From assembly GCA_964545885.1 (NCBI GenBank), contig CAZJHG010000005.1, positions 1 to 53,617 on the forward strand: a stretch of DNA of 53,617 nucleotides. The letters run 5' to 3'. The notes under the pieces are model-generated. The model was not told the DNA's origin, searched no databases, and was given only the letters and a program-made list of their open reading frames with translations. Source of the DNA: an uncultured Muribaculaceae bacterium (GTDB lineage Bacteria; Bacillota_I; Bacilli_A; RF39; UBA660). The translations under genes were made by a program, and so were the position numbers. Of the stretch, positions 1-9,853 are shown one piece after another. Every line of letters begins with the position of its first letter. The first letter of the stretch is position 1.

Positions 1-1
1 A

Positions 2-202
2 GAATACTTAGAATGTCTACATAGAGAAATAAAAAGAGATGCTAGAGCCGAAGGTTTAGAAGAAGGACGTGCCGCTGGTATAGAAGATGGTAAAATAGAT
101 TCGGCTTTAAAAATGATAAATAGTGGTATTTCAGTAGAAAAGACATCTGAAATCCTAGAACTAGACATAAACAAACTCAAATCAATTATTACGAATAAAT
201 AA
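2..202 (+). CDS. 3' end (partial) of an Rpn/PD-(D/E)XK nuclease family putative transposase
   Basis: Frame 2 reads EYLECLHREIKRDARAEGLEEGRAAGIEDGKIDSALKMINSGISVEKTSEILELDINKLKSIITNK*. The EGxEEG repeat followed by an A.KM...G helix-turn-helix tail is typical of Rpn-family C-termini. The 5' part lies outside the window. Confidence 0.65.
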   Translation, partial: EYLECLHREIKRDARAEGLEEGRAAGIEDGKIDSALKMINSGISVEKTSEILELDINKLKSIITNK

Positions 203-233
203 CATATAAAAAGTTATAAATTATTATAACTTT

Positions 234-423
234 CAGGCTGTTGACAAAGTCGGTTTTTAAACCGGCTTTGTCATACAGCCTTTTATATTTCCCACAAAAA
301 GTTAAAAAAAGAGCAATTTTAGGGTTTTGATATCTAAAATTACTCATATTTTTGTATTTTTCTCCCACTTTGAATAAACTAAAGTATTTAATTTTTCAAA
401 ATAGGTAGTTTGTCAACACTCTG
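234..423 (-). mobile_element. 190-bp non-autonomous MITE with IS1182-like ends
   Basis: Terminal inverted repeats CAGGCTGTTGACAAA (234-248) and TTTGTCAACACTCTG (409-423) match at 13/15. They are flanked by an exact 24-bp direct repeat AAAGTTATAAATTATTATAACTTT (210-233 and 424-447). There is an internal hairpin at 236-280 and no transposase ORF. Confidence 0.75.
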
Positions 424-545
424 AAAGTTATAAATTATTATAACTTTTTTGTTTTATATTTTAAGTTCTAAAGTTTGTAATAAAAAATATTGTATTAATG
501 GTATAAATAATTGTAATGAATGCATACTAGTAATAGGTGATAAGT

Positions 546-725
546 ATGCGTAGAAGAAGTTGTGATTATTTTTATAAAACAGGAGAGATAGGTAATAAAA
601 ATCCTCTCGATAAAAAAAGGTATGAATATTTAAACGAATTTGGAGTTAATATGGATTCTAATAAGAAACAGGTAATAGATTTTGATTTACAAATTAAACG
701 TCATAAAAATAGTGATTGTAGATGA
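546..725 (+). CDS. small hypothetical protein, 59 aa
   Basis: AGGTGA Shine-Dalgarno (535-540) upstream of ATG 546; hairpin and T-run at about 744-772 downstream. No recognisable motif. Confidence 0.4.
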   Translation: MRRRSCDYFYKTGEIGNKNPLDKKRYEYLNEFGVNMDSNKKQVIDFDLQIKRHKNSDCR

Positions 726-799
726 AGTCTAGGAAATAAGGCAAAAAAAGATAGATATTCTATCTTTTTTTTTGTATAATACGAATAGAGGTGAAATAA

Positions 800-1993
800 A
801 TGAAATTATTATGCGTAAATGCTGGTAGTTCTTCTTTGAAATTTCAATTGTTTGAAATGCCAGAAGAGAAAGTTATTATCAGTGGTTACATTGAAAAAAT
901 TGGTTTGGAAGATAGTTTCTGGACTACAAAAATTAATGGTGAAAAAATAAAAGGAGCTAAATACTTAAAGAATCATACTGAAGCTGTTCAAGTTTTAATT
1001 GATGAATTATTAACTCATAAAGCAGTTGAAAGCTTAGATGAAATTAAAGGTGTAGGACATAGAGTTTTACATGGTGGAGAAAAATATTCTGATTCAGTTT
1101 TAATTACTGAAGAAGTAGTACAAAGTATTAAAGACTTAACTAAGTTAGGACCTTTACATCATCCTGGTAATTTAGCTGGTATTGAAGCTATGCAAAAAGC
1201 ATTACCTAATGTACCAATGGTTGCTGTATATGATACTGCTTTCCATCAAACTATGCCTAAAGAAAATTTTATGTATCCAGTACCAATGGAATGGTATACT
1301 GAATTAGGTGTAAGAAAATATGGTTTCCATGGAACAAGTCATAAATTTATTACAAAGAAAATGCAAGAGAAGTTAGGTAGAGAAGATGTTAACTTAATTA
1401 TTTGTCATATTGGTAGTGGTGCTTCTATAAGTGCTGTTAAAGATGGTAAATGTTATGATACTACAATGGGACTTACTCCACTTGATGGTTTAATGATGGG
1501 TACTCGTAGTGGTGCTATAGACCCTTCTATCATTGAATATGTATGTAATGAAACAGGTAAGAATGTATCAGAAATTACTAACGATTTAAATAAGAGAAGT
1601 GGATTACTTGGAGTAGCTGGATATTCTGATAGTAGAGATGTTGAAAATGCGGCAGCTGAAGGAAATGAAAATGCTAAATTAGCTATTACTATGTATAATA
1701 ATAGAATTGCTAAATATATTGCTGAATACTATATTGAACTAGAAGGTAAAGTGGATGCAATTGTATTTACTGCTGGAGTTGGGGAAAATGGTAGAGATGC
1801 TAGAGCTGATATTTTAGGTAGATTATTACCACTTGGAATAAAAGTAGATGCCGATGCAAATGATAGTATCGCTTCATACAAAGATCAAAATGAAGGAATT
1901 ATAAGTGCTGAAGATTCTAGTGTTACTGTTTGGGTTGTTCCAACAAATGAAGAATTAATGATTATTAAAGATACTTATGAAATAGTTAAATAA
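800..1993 (+). CDS. ackA: acetate kinase
   Basis: NAGSSSLKFQLF, GHRVLHGG, YGFHGTSH and TMGLTPLDGLMMGTRSG motifs. Confidence 0.97.
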   Translation: MKLLCVNAGSSSLKFQLFEMPEEKVIISGYIEKIGLEDSFWTTKINGEKIKGAKYLKNHTEAVQVLIDELLTHKAVESLDEIKGVGHRVLHGGEKYSDSVLITEEVVQSIKDLTKLGPLHHPGNLAGIEAMQKALPNVPMVAVYDTAFHQTMPKENFMYPVPMEWYTELGVRKYGFHGTSHKFITKKMQEKLGREDVNLIICHIGSGASISAVKDGKCYDTTMGLTPLDGLMMGTRSGAIDPSIIEYVCNETGKNVSEITNDLNKRSGLLGVAGYSDSRDVENAAAEGNENAKLAITMYNNRIAKYIAEYYIELEGKVDAIVFTAGVGENGRDARADILGRLLPLGIKVDADANDSIASYKDQNEGIISAEDSSVTVWVVPTNEELMIIKDTYEIVK

Positions 1994-2012
1994 TAAAAAG
2001 GAGAATAAAGGG

Positions 2013-2999
2013 ATGAGGGCTATGTTAAAGAATGAATTAAAGAAGATACTAAGAAAAATAAAACAATACGATATAATCGTAATTGCTCGTCATATCAGCC
2101 CAGATCCTGATGCGATTGCAAGTCAAATATCTTTAAGGGACGCTATTAAATTAACATTCCCTAAAAAGCAGGTTTATGCAGTAGGTACAAGTGTTTCAAA
2201 ATTCAAATATTATGGCAATCTTGATAGAATTGATGAAACAAATTTTAATGAGGAAGCACTTTTAATTGCTCTTGATGTACCTAATGCTTCTAGAATAGAT
2301 GGCGTAGATAAATCTGCATTTAAAGAAATGTTTAAAATAGATCATCATCCTAGTGAAGAAATATTTGGAGATTGTGATTGGGTTGATGAAAAATCTTCTA
2401 GTACTTGTCAGATGATTATTGAATTAATTTTAGAAACTGGTATGTGCTTTGATAGAAAGATTGCAGAAAATTTATATTTAGGTGTAGTGTCTGATAGTGA
2501 TAGATTTTTAGTAAGTTATACTTCGGCTAAGACATTTAATTTGGTTTCTAAATTAATAGATAAGAGTAAAATAGATTTTACAAGTTTGTATCCTTATTTA
2601 TATGAAAGACCATTACAGGAAATTAAATTTCATGGTTATTTATCTGAAAATTTGATAGTCAGTGAAAATGGATTTGCTTATATTATTATTACTCCAGAAA
2701 TATTAAAAGAATATGGAGTAGATCCGGCAACTCCATCTAATATGATAAATGATTTTAGTAATATAAAAGATGTTTATGTTTGGACTTTTGTTACTTATGA
2801 TGAGAAAAATGAAGTTTATAAAATAAATATTAGGAGTAAAGGACCTGTTATAAATGAAATTGCTGCGTTATGTGGTGGTGGAGGACACAAATTTGCTTCT
2901 GGAGTCAGAACTCGTAATAAAGATGATATTGATAAATTATTAGAAGCATTAGAAGAAGAGTGTCGCAAGTATAAAGACGAGATTAATGATGTAGAATAA
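2013..2999 (+). CDS. nrnA: DHH-family oligoribonuclease / pAp phosphatase
   Basis: HISPDPDA, LDVP, IDHH, GVVSDSDRF and GGGGHKFASG (DHH plus DHHA1) motifs. Confidence 0.9.
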   Translation: MRAMLKNELKKILRKIKQYDIIVIARHISPDPDAIASQISLRDAIKLTFPKKQVYAVGTSVSKFKYYGNLDRIDETNFNEEALLIALDVPNASRIDGVDKSAFKEMFKIDHHPSEEIFGDCDWVDEKSSSTCQMIIELILETGMCFDRKIAENLYLGVVSDSDRFLVSYTSAKTFNLVSKLIDKSKIDFTSLYPYLYERPLQEIKFHGYLSENLIVSENGFAYIIITPEILKEYGVDPATPSNMINDFSNIKDVYVWTFVTYDEKNEVYKINIRSKGPVINEIAALCGGGGHKFASGVRTRNKDDIDKLLEALEEECRKYKDEINDVE

Positions 3000-3020
3000 A
3001 GTGAATTATTTTCACTTTTT
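2998..3020 (+). terminator. intrinsic terminator after ackA-nrnA
   Basis: AAAGTGAA/TTCACTTT stem followed by a T-run. Confidence 0.65.
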
Positions 3021-3116
3021 CTTTTTGTATTTATTATAAAAAATCAAACAAATATATGAACAAATGTTCTTGATGGAGATAACTTTGTTTGTTATAATAA
3101 GTTACAAGGTGATTTT

Positions 3117-3890
3117 ATGAAAATAGAAAAATATACTAAATTAAAAGGAAATAAGTATAGTGTTAAAATAGATGATTTAACTATTAAATTATATGATGAT
3201 GTAATTATTAAGTATGAATTACTTAGAATAAAAGAAATAGATGATAAGTTATTTGAAGAAATAACAACATATAATGATAAATTAGAAGCTTATTATAAAT
3301 GTTTGAAGTATATTACGAAAAAATTGCGTACTGAAAAAGAGATAGTTAAATATTTAAGTAAAAGTTATGATAAAAGTACAATAGATGAAACTGTTGAAAA
3401 GTTAAAAAAATATGGTTATCTTGATAGAAATGTTTACTTAAAATGTTATTTATCTGATCAAATAAATTTATCTTTGGTAGGACCTAATAAAATAAAAAAA
3501 GATTTAATTACTCTTGGATATAATGAAGAAGAAATTATTCCTTTTATAGAGGAGATTGCTAATGAAATTTGGATTTCTAAGATAGAAAAAATTGTTAAGA
3601 AACGAATTAATTCTAATAGAAATTTAAGCAATAGTCGATTAAAAGAAAAGATATGTTATGATTTAGGGAATTTAGGTTTTTATAAGTGGATGATTGAGGA
3701 AGTTTTGGATTCTTGTGAATTTAATGATAATAGTAAAGTTTTAGAAAAAGAATATAATAAATATTATATAAAATTGGCGAAGAAATATGATGGTAGTAAT
3801 TTAGATTATCAAGTTAAAATGAAATTATTACAAAAAGGATTTAATAGTAATGAAATTTCTGAATTTATACAATTAAAAAAGAACTCTTAG
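3117..3890 (+). CDS. recX: RecX family regulator
   Basis: Firmicute RecX layout: N-terminal MKIEKY...YSVKID, RTEKEIVKYL, LKKYGYLD, GPNKIKKDL, C-terminal LLQKGF. Confidence 0.88.
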   Translation: MKIEKYTKLKGNKYSVKIDDLTIKLYDDVIIKYELLRIKEIDDKLFEEITTYNDKLEAYYKCLKYITKKLRTEKEIVKYLSKSYDKSTIDETVEKLKKYGYLDRNVYLKCYLSDQINLSLVGPNKIKKDLITLGYNEEEIIPFIEEIANEIWISKIEKIVKKRINSNRNLSNSRLKEKICYDLGNLGFYKWMIEEVLDSCEFNDNSKVLEKEYNKYYIKLAKKYDGSNLDYQVKMKLLQKGFNSNEISEFIQLKKNS

Positions 3891-3904
3891 TTGAGTTCTT
3901 TTTT
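3875..3904. terminator. bidirectional terminator between convergent recX and prsA
   Basis: AAAAAAGAACTC-TTAGTT-GAGTTCTTTTTT. Confidence 0.8.
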
Positions 3905-4934
3905 AATTAGAAGTTTCTCCGTTATCAACTGATTGATAATAGTTTAGAGCATTTTGAATATAAGTTGCGTATTGAGATTTTAATTCACTATCAATTATTT
4001 CAAGTTCATATTCATCTCTTATTGCTTGTAATCCTTTGATATAAGCAATATTATTTTTGCTTAAATATTCAGTAGCTAATTCTTCAAGAATATCTTCTTT
4101 AACATCTTCTAAAGAAGCTTTTTCTTTCGTTTCAGTTCTTAGAACAACATGGTATCCTAATTCAGTAGTAATAACTGATTTACTATATTTACCATCTTTT
4201 AAATTGTATGCAGCGCTAACTAATTCATCATAATCAGAACTTAGTGTATCTTTGTTAATATAACCAAGAGAACCACCATTATCTTTTGTTGTTTCATCCA
4301 TTGAGTATTCAGCTGCTAATTCAGCAAATTTATCAGCGATTTCATCCTTATCTGTTTTATTTAATTCTGAGATAATTGTTTCGATTTTGTCTTTAGCTTC
4401 AGCTTCAGCTTCAGCTTTTTCATCATCTGTCATATCATCTGTTACATCGGCAGTAATTAAAATATGACTTACTTTGATATCGCCAACTATTTCACTGTCA
4501 TAGTATTTTTGAACTTCTTTGTCAGTGATTTTGTCTTTGCAGTAATCCTCAATAGCTAGATTTTGTAAATAACTTATATATAAGCTATTTCTATATCCTT
4601 CTATTGTAGAATAATTTGTATTTGATTGAATTGCCTCTAGAAGATTATCTCCATAATATGATTCTAATGTTGCCATATTTGAATCTGCATATGAATTGGC
4701 ATCTTCTATTTGGTCTTTGTACTTATCTTCTAATATTTTTTGATCAACCAAATTAACCATTGCTTCTAGTGCATAATCATCTTTTAATGTCTCATAAAGT
4801 TCTTGTGCACTAATCATTGCTCCGTCTTTTAGTGTTACGACCGCCTCGTCACCATTAGATAATGTTGGTATTTTACTTCCACACCCTGATAATAATGTTA
4901 CGATAAGGGCTAGCACAATAATTTTCTTTTTCAT
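3903..4934 (-). CDS. prsA: PrsA foldase lipoprotein (parvulin PPIase)
   Basis: The real start is ATG 4934 (GGAG RBS at about 4941-4944). MKKKIIVLALIVTLLSGC is a lipobox; VSHILI, FAELAAEYSMD, GGSLG and TELGYHVV are parvulin motifs. The ORF-track extension to 5114 is not part of the gene. Confidence 0.92.
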   Translation of the reverse strand: MKKKIIVLALIVTLLSGCGSKIPTLSNGDEAVVTLKDGAMISAQELYETLKDDYALEAMVNLVDQKILEDKYKDQIEDANSYADSNMATLESYYGDNLLEAIQSNTNYSTIEGYRNSLYISYLQNLAIEDYCKDKITDKEVQKYYDSEIVGDIKVSHILITADVTDDMTDDEKAEAEAEAKDKIETIISELNKTDKDEIADKFAELAAEYSMDETTKDNGGSLGYINKDTLSSDYDELVSAAYNLKDGKYSKSVITTELGYHVVLRTETKEKASLEDVKEDILEELATEYLSKNNIAYIKGLQAIRDEYELEIIDSELKSQYATYIQNALNYYQSVDNGETSN

Positions 4935-4997
4935 GTTTTCCTCCTTAACATACTTATAATTATAACAACCTACATCGTAAAAAACAAGAATAACATT

Positions 4998-5026
4998 CAC
5001 ATAAAAGCTACTTAGACCATACAATA
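4998..5026 (+). promoter_or_regulatory. sigma-K-type (mother-cell sporulation) promoter
   Basis: CACA (4998-5001), 16-nt spacer, CATACAATA (5018-5026) fits the B. subtilis sigma-K consensus mACA-N16-CATAnnnTA. The -10 also fits sigma-E. Confidence 0.6.
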
Positions 5027-5058
5027 ATAGTGAAAAGACAAAAAAGGAGGATGGTTTT

Positions 5059-5148
5059 ATGAACAATTGTGGACATAATAATTTGGGTCCTGCTATTATT
5101 TTAGTTCTATTCATACTATTAATTATTATAGTAGGGGCTTATATTTAG
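5059..5148 (+). CDS. YjcZ/SscA-family small sporulation membrane peptide, 29 aa (missed by the ORF track)
   Basis: AAGGAGG (5044-5050) sits 8 nt before ATG. Translation MNNCGHNNLGPAIILVLFILLIIIVGAYI* carries the family core (I/V)VLFILLII(I)VG. Confidence 0.85.
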   Translation: MNNCGHNNLGPAIILVLFILLIIIVGAYI

Positions 5149-5250
5149 TTTTTTTAAGAAAAAGAGTAAGTATATTTATAATAGTTTTACAGTTATTATT
5201 GTATACATTATGGCAATTATTATACTTTGTAATTTTATTTTCTGTTAAAT

Positions 5251-5270
5251 AAGAGGAAAGACCTCTTTTT
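5251..5270 (+). terminator. terminator after the YjcZ-like gene
   Basis: AAGAGG-AAAGA-CCTCTT followed by a T-run. Confidence 0.55.
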
Positions 5271-5320
5271 CTTTTGATTTTAATACTTAAGTTCTGTTAT
5301 AATTATTATGGTGAGATAGT

Positions 5321-7591
5321 ATGGCAAAGAAGAAAAAGACATCTAAAAAACAAGAAAAAAAAGAATTTACATATAGTGCTGAATTAATTGGTATATTATT
5401 AATATTAATTGGGATACTTGGACTTGGTTTTGGTCCTGTTGGAATATTTTTGAAAAAATTCGCAATGTACTTAGTTGGAGAATTTTGGTGGGCTATTTTA
5501 TGTGTAATTCTTTTTATGGGATTATATATGATATTAAAAGGAAAGTTACCTAATTTTTTTACAACTAAATTATTGGGATTATATATGTTATTAATAGTTG
5601 TTTTTGTTGCTGCTCATTTTGGATTTATTGAAAATTATAATCCTTCTGATATTATAGAAGCAACAAATGTGAATTATCAAAGTAGAATAGGTACCATTAA
5701 AGAAGGTGCTGGTATTTTAACTAGTGGACAAAAAAGTATTAATATTGGTGGCGGAATGATAGGAGCTTGTATCTCTTTTGCTTTTTCTAGTTTATTTGGA
5801 ACTCCGGGAACTATTATAGTATTAGTTGCGTTACTTGTATTAGCAGCTGTTATGATATTTGATATTAACTTTGAAGATTTATATGCAAAATTTAAAAATT
5901 ATTTGGAAGAAAAAAGAGTAGAAAGAGCTAATAGAGAACAAGAGGAAGAAGATAATACTGAATATGAAGATGAAGAGGATGTTGTTTTATCTATTGGTGA
6001 ATTAGAGAAAACTAAAAAAATGCCTCAGCCATTACAGGAAAATGTTTATAGAAAAGAGCTTTCACCAGTTTCCTTATCTTCAACATTACAAATGGATGAT
6101 TTAGTAGAAAATGTTCAAGCTGAAGTTTCTTTTGCTACTAAGAGAGGAATTTATACTTTACCTAGTATTGCTCTTTTAGATGAAGTACCAAGAAATGTTA
6201 AAACAAATAATGATTTTGTTAAAAATAATAAGAATATTTTGGAAAGAGTATTAGCTGAGTTTCAAATTAATGCTCAAGTAGTAGAAATACATGTTGGCCC
6301 AGCTGTTACTCAATATGAAGTAGTTATTCCTCCTGGAACAAAGGTAAGTAGAATACTAAGTATTAATAAAGAAATTGCATTAGCGTTAGCAGCTAAAGAT
6401 GTTCGTATTGAAGCTCCAATACCTGGTAAAAATACAGTTGGTGTAGAAATTCCTAATCCATCTGTTAATGCTGTTAAAATAAGAGAAGTTCTTGGTAGTA
6501 TACCTAAGGAACAAGAAAAAGCTAAAATATTAGTTTCATTAGGTAAAGACTTGATGGGTAAAGTACAGACTGCTGATATTTCAAAAATGCCACATTTATT
6601 AGTTGCTGGTTCTACTGGTTCTGGTAAATCTGTTTGTATTAATAGTTTTATTGCTTCTATTTTAATGAGATATAGACCTGAAGAAGTTAAACTTGTATTG
6701 GTCGATCCGAAAAAAGTTGAGTTATCTAACTATAATGGTGTACCACATTTATTATGGCCGGTTGTTACAGACCCTAAAAAAGCTAATACAGCGTTGCAAA
6801 GGGTTGTTGCAATGATGGAAGATAGATATGAAACATTTAGTGAGTGTGGAGTAAAAAATATTGGTTCATACAATGAATGGGTTGATAAACAAAAAGATAA
6901 AGATCCGACATTTAACCAAGATAAAATGTATTATTTAGTAGTTATTATTGATGAGTTGGCTGATTTAATGTTAGTTGCTTCTAAAGAAGTAGAAGATTCT
7001 ATTATGAGAATAACTCAAATGGCGCGTGCTGCTGGTATTCATTTAATTGTTGCTACACAAAGACCAAGTACCGATGTTATTACTGGTGTAGTTAAAGCTA
7101 ACATACCATCTCGTATTTCATTTGCAGTTGCTTCACAAATAGATTCTAGAACAATTTTAGATTGTGCAGGGGCAGAAAAATTGTTGGGTAAAGGCGATAT
7201 GTTATATTTACCAATGGGCGAAAATAATCCACGTCGTATTCAAGGATGTTTCATTACTGATGAAGAAATACAAAGAGTTATTGATTATGTATGTGGGCAA
7301 CAAATTGCTCAATATGATGATTCTTTAAATAAAGCAATTGAGGAAGAACATAATCCTGTATCTGGAGATAAAGAATCATTTGATGATCCTTTATATAATG
7401 AAATATATGAATTTGCTATTGAAACAGGTAAAATAAGTGCTTCTTTAATTCAAAGAAGATTTAGACTTGGATATAATAGAGCTGCAAGAATAATTGATTT
7501 ACTAGAAGATAGAGGAATTATAGGTCCAGCAAATGGTAGTAAACCTAGAGAAGTTTTATTAGGTAAAGAAAATCAAAACGGAGATGAATAG
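5321..7591 (+). CDS. ftsK: DNA translocase FtsK/SpoIIIE
   Basis: N-terminal TM segments, VAGSTGSGKSVCIN, IDELADLM, ATQRPS, and C-terminal gamma domain (IQRRFRLGYNRAARIID). Confidence 0.96.
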   Translation: MAKKKKTSKKQEKKEFTYSAELIGILLILIGILGLGFGPVGIFLKKFAMYLVGEFWWAILCVILFMGLYMILKGKLPNFFTTKLLGLYMLLIVVFVAAHFGFIENYNPSDIIEATNVNYQSRIGTIKEGAGILTSGQKSINIGGGMIGACISFAFSSLFGTPGTIIVLVALLVLAAVMIFDINFEDLYAKFKNYLEEKRVERANREQEEEDNTEYEDEEDVVLSIGELEKTKKMPQPLQENVYRKELSPVSLSSTLQMDDLVENVQAEVSFATKRGIYTLPSIALLDEVPRNVKTNNDFVKNNKNILERVLAEFQINAQVVEIHVGPAVTQYEVVIPPGTKVSRILSINKEIALALAAKDVRIEAPIPGKNTVGVEIPNPSVNAVKIREVLGSIPKEQEKAKILVSLGKDLMGKVQTADISKMPHLLVAGSTGSGKSVCINSFIASILMRYRPEEVKLVLVDPKKVELSNYNGVPHLLWPVVTDPKKANTALQRVVAMMEDRYETFSECGVKNIGSYNEWVDKQKDKDPTFNQDKMYYLVVIIDELADLMLVASKEVEDSIMRITQMARAAGIHLIVATQRPSTDVITGVVKANIPSRISFAVASQIDSRTILDCAGAEKLLGKGDMLYLPMGENNPRRIQGCFITDEEIQRVIDYVCGQQIAQYDDSLNKAIEEEHNPVSGDKESFDDPLYNEIYEFAIETGKISASLIQRRFRLGYNRAARIIDLLEDRGIIGPANGSKPREVLLGKENQNGDE

Positions 7592-7624
7592 TCTTCGTTT
7601 TTTCTTGCATAAACCTACTTGTAA

Positions 7625-7951
7625 TGGTATTATTATCTTATAATATACGATGATATAGTAGGATATGGAGTTAATCTTCAAAATTCTATTTTTATAGGTA
7701 ATTATAAAAAAGATGTTAATAATAAGTTACTTGTAAAAACTGAATTAGATAAAAAATATACAAATTACCATAATACTGGAGAATCTCATATAGAGTGGGA
7801 ATTTTATGCTAATTGTGCCAATGGGTCAGTAGTAGTTATTAACCCTAATACTGGGGATAAAAGAGGTAATATGATTCAAATAATAAGTATTATTACTGTT
7901 ATTTCATTAATTTTATTTAGCTTTTTAAAATATAAATTACAAATAAAATAG
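7625..7951 (+). pseudogene. start-less 3' remnant of a surface protein (NPNTGD + TM + basic tail)
   Basis: 108 open codons between TAA 7622 and TAG 7949, ending VVINPNTGDKRGNMIQIISIITVISLILFSFLKYKLQIK*. No RBS or start codon before the C-terminal segment. Terminator at about 7945-7972. Confidence 0.55.
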
Positions 7952-8108
7952 TGCAAATTTAGCACTGTTTTTTATTTTATAAAAAAGTATTATTAAATGA
8001 AAATTATTTTGGGAAAAATGAATATTTCGGTAAATTTTGAGATTGAATTAATTTATTACTTTTTTTTGTTCTATGTTATAATTGATATAGAGTAATGGAG
8101 GTGTAGAT

Positions 8109-9848
8109 ATGATATGTAAAAAATGTAAGAAAGAAATGAATTCTAATAAAGATGTCTGCCCTCATTGTGGTAATCGTGTAGTAAAAAAATATCAAAATAC
8201 AAATAGTGGAGTTAAAAACAAATATATAATAAGTGATTCTTCAAACTTAATTGGAAGTACAGTTACTAAAAATAGTTCAGTAAAATTACAAAAGAAAAAA
8301 ACAGTTAAGAAAAAAACTTCTAAGAATAAATATATTAAAGATGATAAAACAAAATTAACTGGTGGAATAGTATCTGAAAAAAATAAATCATTTATTAGAG
8401 TTGAGAAAAAAAATAAAGTTCAAAATAATTTAAATGCTATAAATAGAAAAAACTATATAAATTATATTGATTATAAAACCGCAAAAGAAGAACAAGAACT
8501 AAGAATAAATAGTCTTGCTGAAGAATTAAAATATCTAAAAAAAGAATCGGAAAATGAGCTTTCTAAAATTGGCACAAGGGTTACTGCGAAACCTGATAAT
8601 AAATTTGTTAAAAATAATTTAAATAAAATAGTAACAGTGAGTAAGCAACCTGTTTCACATAATAATGTTACTAATAATGAATCAACTGTAAATGGAAAAT
8701 TTTTTCAAAATGTTACTAACTCTAATACGATAAATAATGTTGTTGTTAATGTTCCACAAAAAAATCAAAGAAGTTTTAGAAAAGAAACTAGCATTTTAAA
8801 ATATGCTATTGTAGTAGGTGTTTGGATAATAGCTATTATTGCGTTAATTAATATAACAGATAATGATTTTTACTTTAGCGAAGATAATAATATAATTAGG
8901 ACATCTGTTTCTGGTAATGATGATTTGGTTGGATATGAAGGAGTTTCTAAATCTGGTCAAGATGGTGGTTCAAGTAGTGTTGGTGTTACTTCAATAGTTT
9001 ATGACAATCAGTATTTGGGTCAATTTACTTTAAAAAATTCTGATTCTGCTTATGATTTAATAAAGGTAGATAGTACTAAACAAAAAGGAAATTGTCCTGT
9101 TAATATAGTTGCTATTGAAAATGAAATAGTTCAAAAATATGGTATAACTGCTGTAAATCTTTGTGAAATGGATGAGGATTTTGCATTAGAAATAAAAAAT
9201 GTTATTAAGTATATATATGATAATTTTCCTACTGCAAGAAATTATTTAACTAATTTAACGTTAGCAAATGTTAGCGAATCAAGTACATTTATTGCAGCTT
9301 TTATGCCAATATTTACTTTTTCAACAAGTAATTCTAATTCTGGATATCCAGTATCAACTAAAACACAAATAATATTAAATGCTAAATACTTTTTAGATAA
9401 TTCTAAAATAAAAAATTCTGTTAGCTATGGAGCGAAAAGTGGATATTTTCCTAAGAATGCAACGCGTAGTAGTACTGTAGCTCATGAATTTGGACATTAT
9501 TTATCTTATGTAGCATTACTTAATTACTATGGTTCTAAACAGCTTAACTTTGTAAAAGCTACACAATCTTCTTTATTGTATGAGGTATATGATGATTTTA
9601 ATGCAGGTGATTTTAGTAAAATGTTACTTCAAGAGGCTTATAATAAATATGTAAAAGATACTGGTAGTACTGAATCATTCTATGAATTTAGAGAAAGTAT
9701 TTCTACTTATGCAGTTGCCAAAGATAGTAATGGGGTATATATATATGACGAAACGATTGCTGAAGCATTTCATGACTATTACTTAAATGGTAATAATGCA
9801 GCACCGGCTAGTTTAACAATCGTTGAGGTATTAAAAAGTAAGTTATAG
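8109..9848 (+). CDS. zinc-ribbon / single-TM / extracellular HEXXH metallopeptidase-like protein
   Basis: CKKC...CPHC at the N-terminus, a TM helix (AIVVGVWIIAIIALI), AHEFGH and a downstream DETIAEAF third-ligand motif. Confidence 0.7.
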   Translation: MICKKCKKEMNSNKDVCPHCGNRVVKKYQNTNSGVKNKYIISDSSNLIGSTVTKNSSVKLQKKKTVKKKTSKNKYIKDDKTKLTGGIVSEKNKSFIRVEKKNKVQNNLNAINRKNYINYIDYKTAKEEQELRINSLAEELKYLKKESENELSKIGTRVTAKPDNKFVKNNLNKIVTVSKQPVSHNNVTNNESTVNGKFFQNVTNSNTINNVVVNVPQKNQRSFRKETSILKYAIVVGVWIIAIIALINITDNDFYFSEDNNIIRTSVSGNDDLVGYEGVSKSGQDGGSSSVGVTSIVYDNQYLGQFTLKNSDSAYDLIKVDSTKQKGNCPVNIVAIENEIVQKYGITAVNLCEMDEDFALEIKNVIKYIYDNFPTARNYLTNLTLANVSESSTFIAAFMPIFTFSTSNSNSGYPVSTKTQIILNAKYFLDNSKIKNSVSYGAKSGYFPKNATRSSTVAHEFGHYLSYVALLNYYGSKQLNFVKATQSSLLYEVYDDFNAGDFSKMLLQEAYNKYVKDTGSTESFYEFRESISTYAVAKDSNGVYIYDETIAEAFHDYYLNGNNAAPASLTIVEVLKSKL

Positions 9849-9853
9849 GAGGA

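Noticed and set aside
4935-5114. 60-aa N-terminal extension of prsA in the ORF track
   Set aside because: The lipoprotein signal and RBS place the start at 4934, and the extension overlaps the divergent YjcZ-like gene and its promoter.
5321-7591. FtsK as a second T7SS ATPase
   Set aside because: It has a single motor domain plus a DNA-binding gamma domain, which is an ordinary chromosome translocase.
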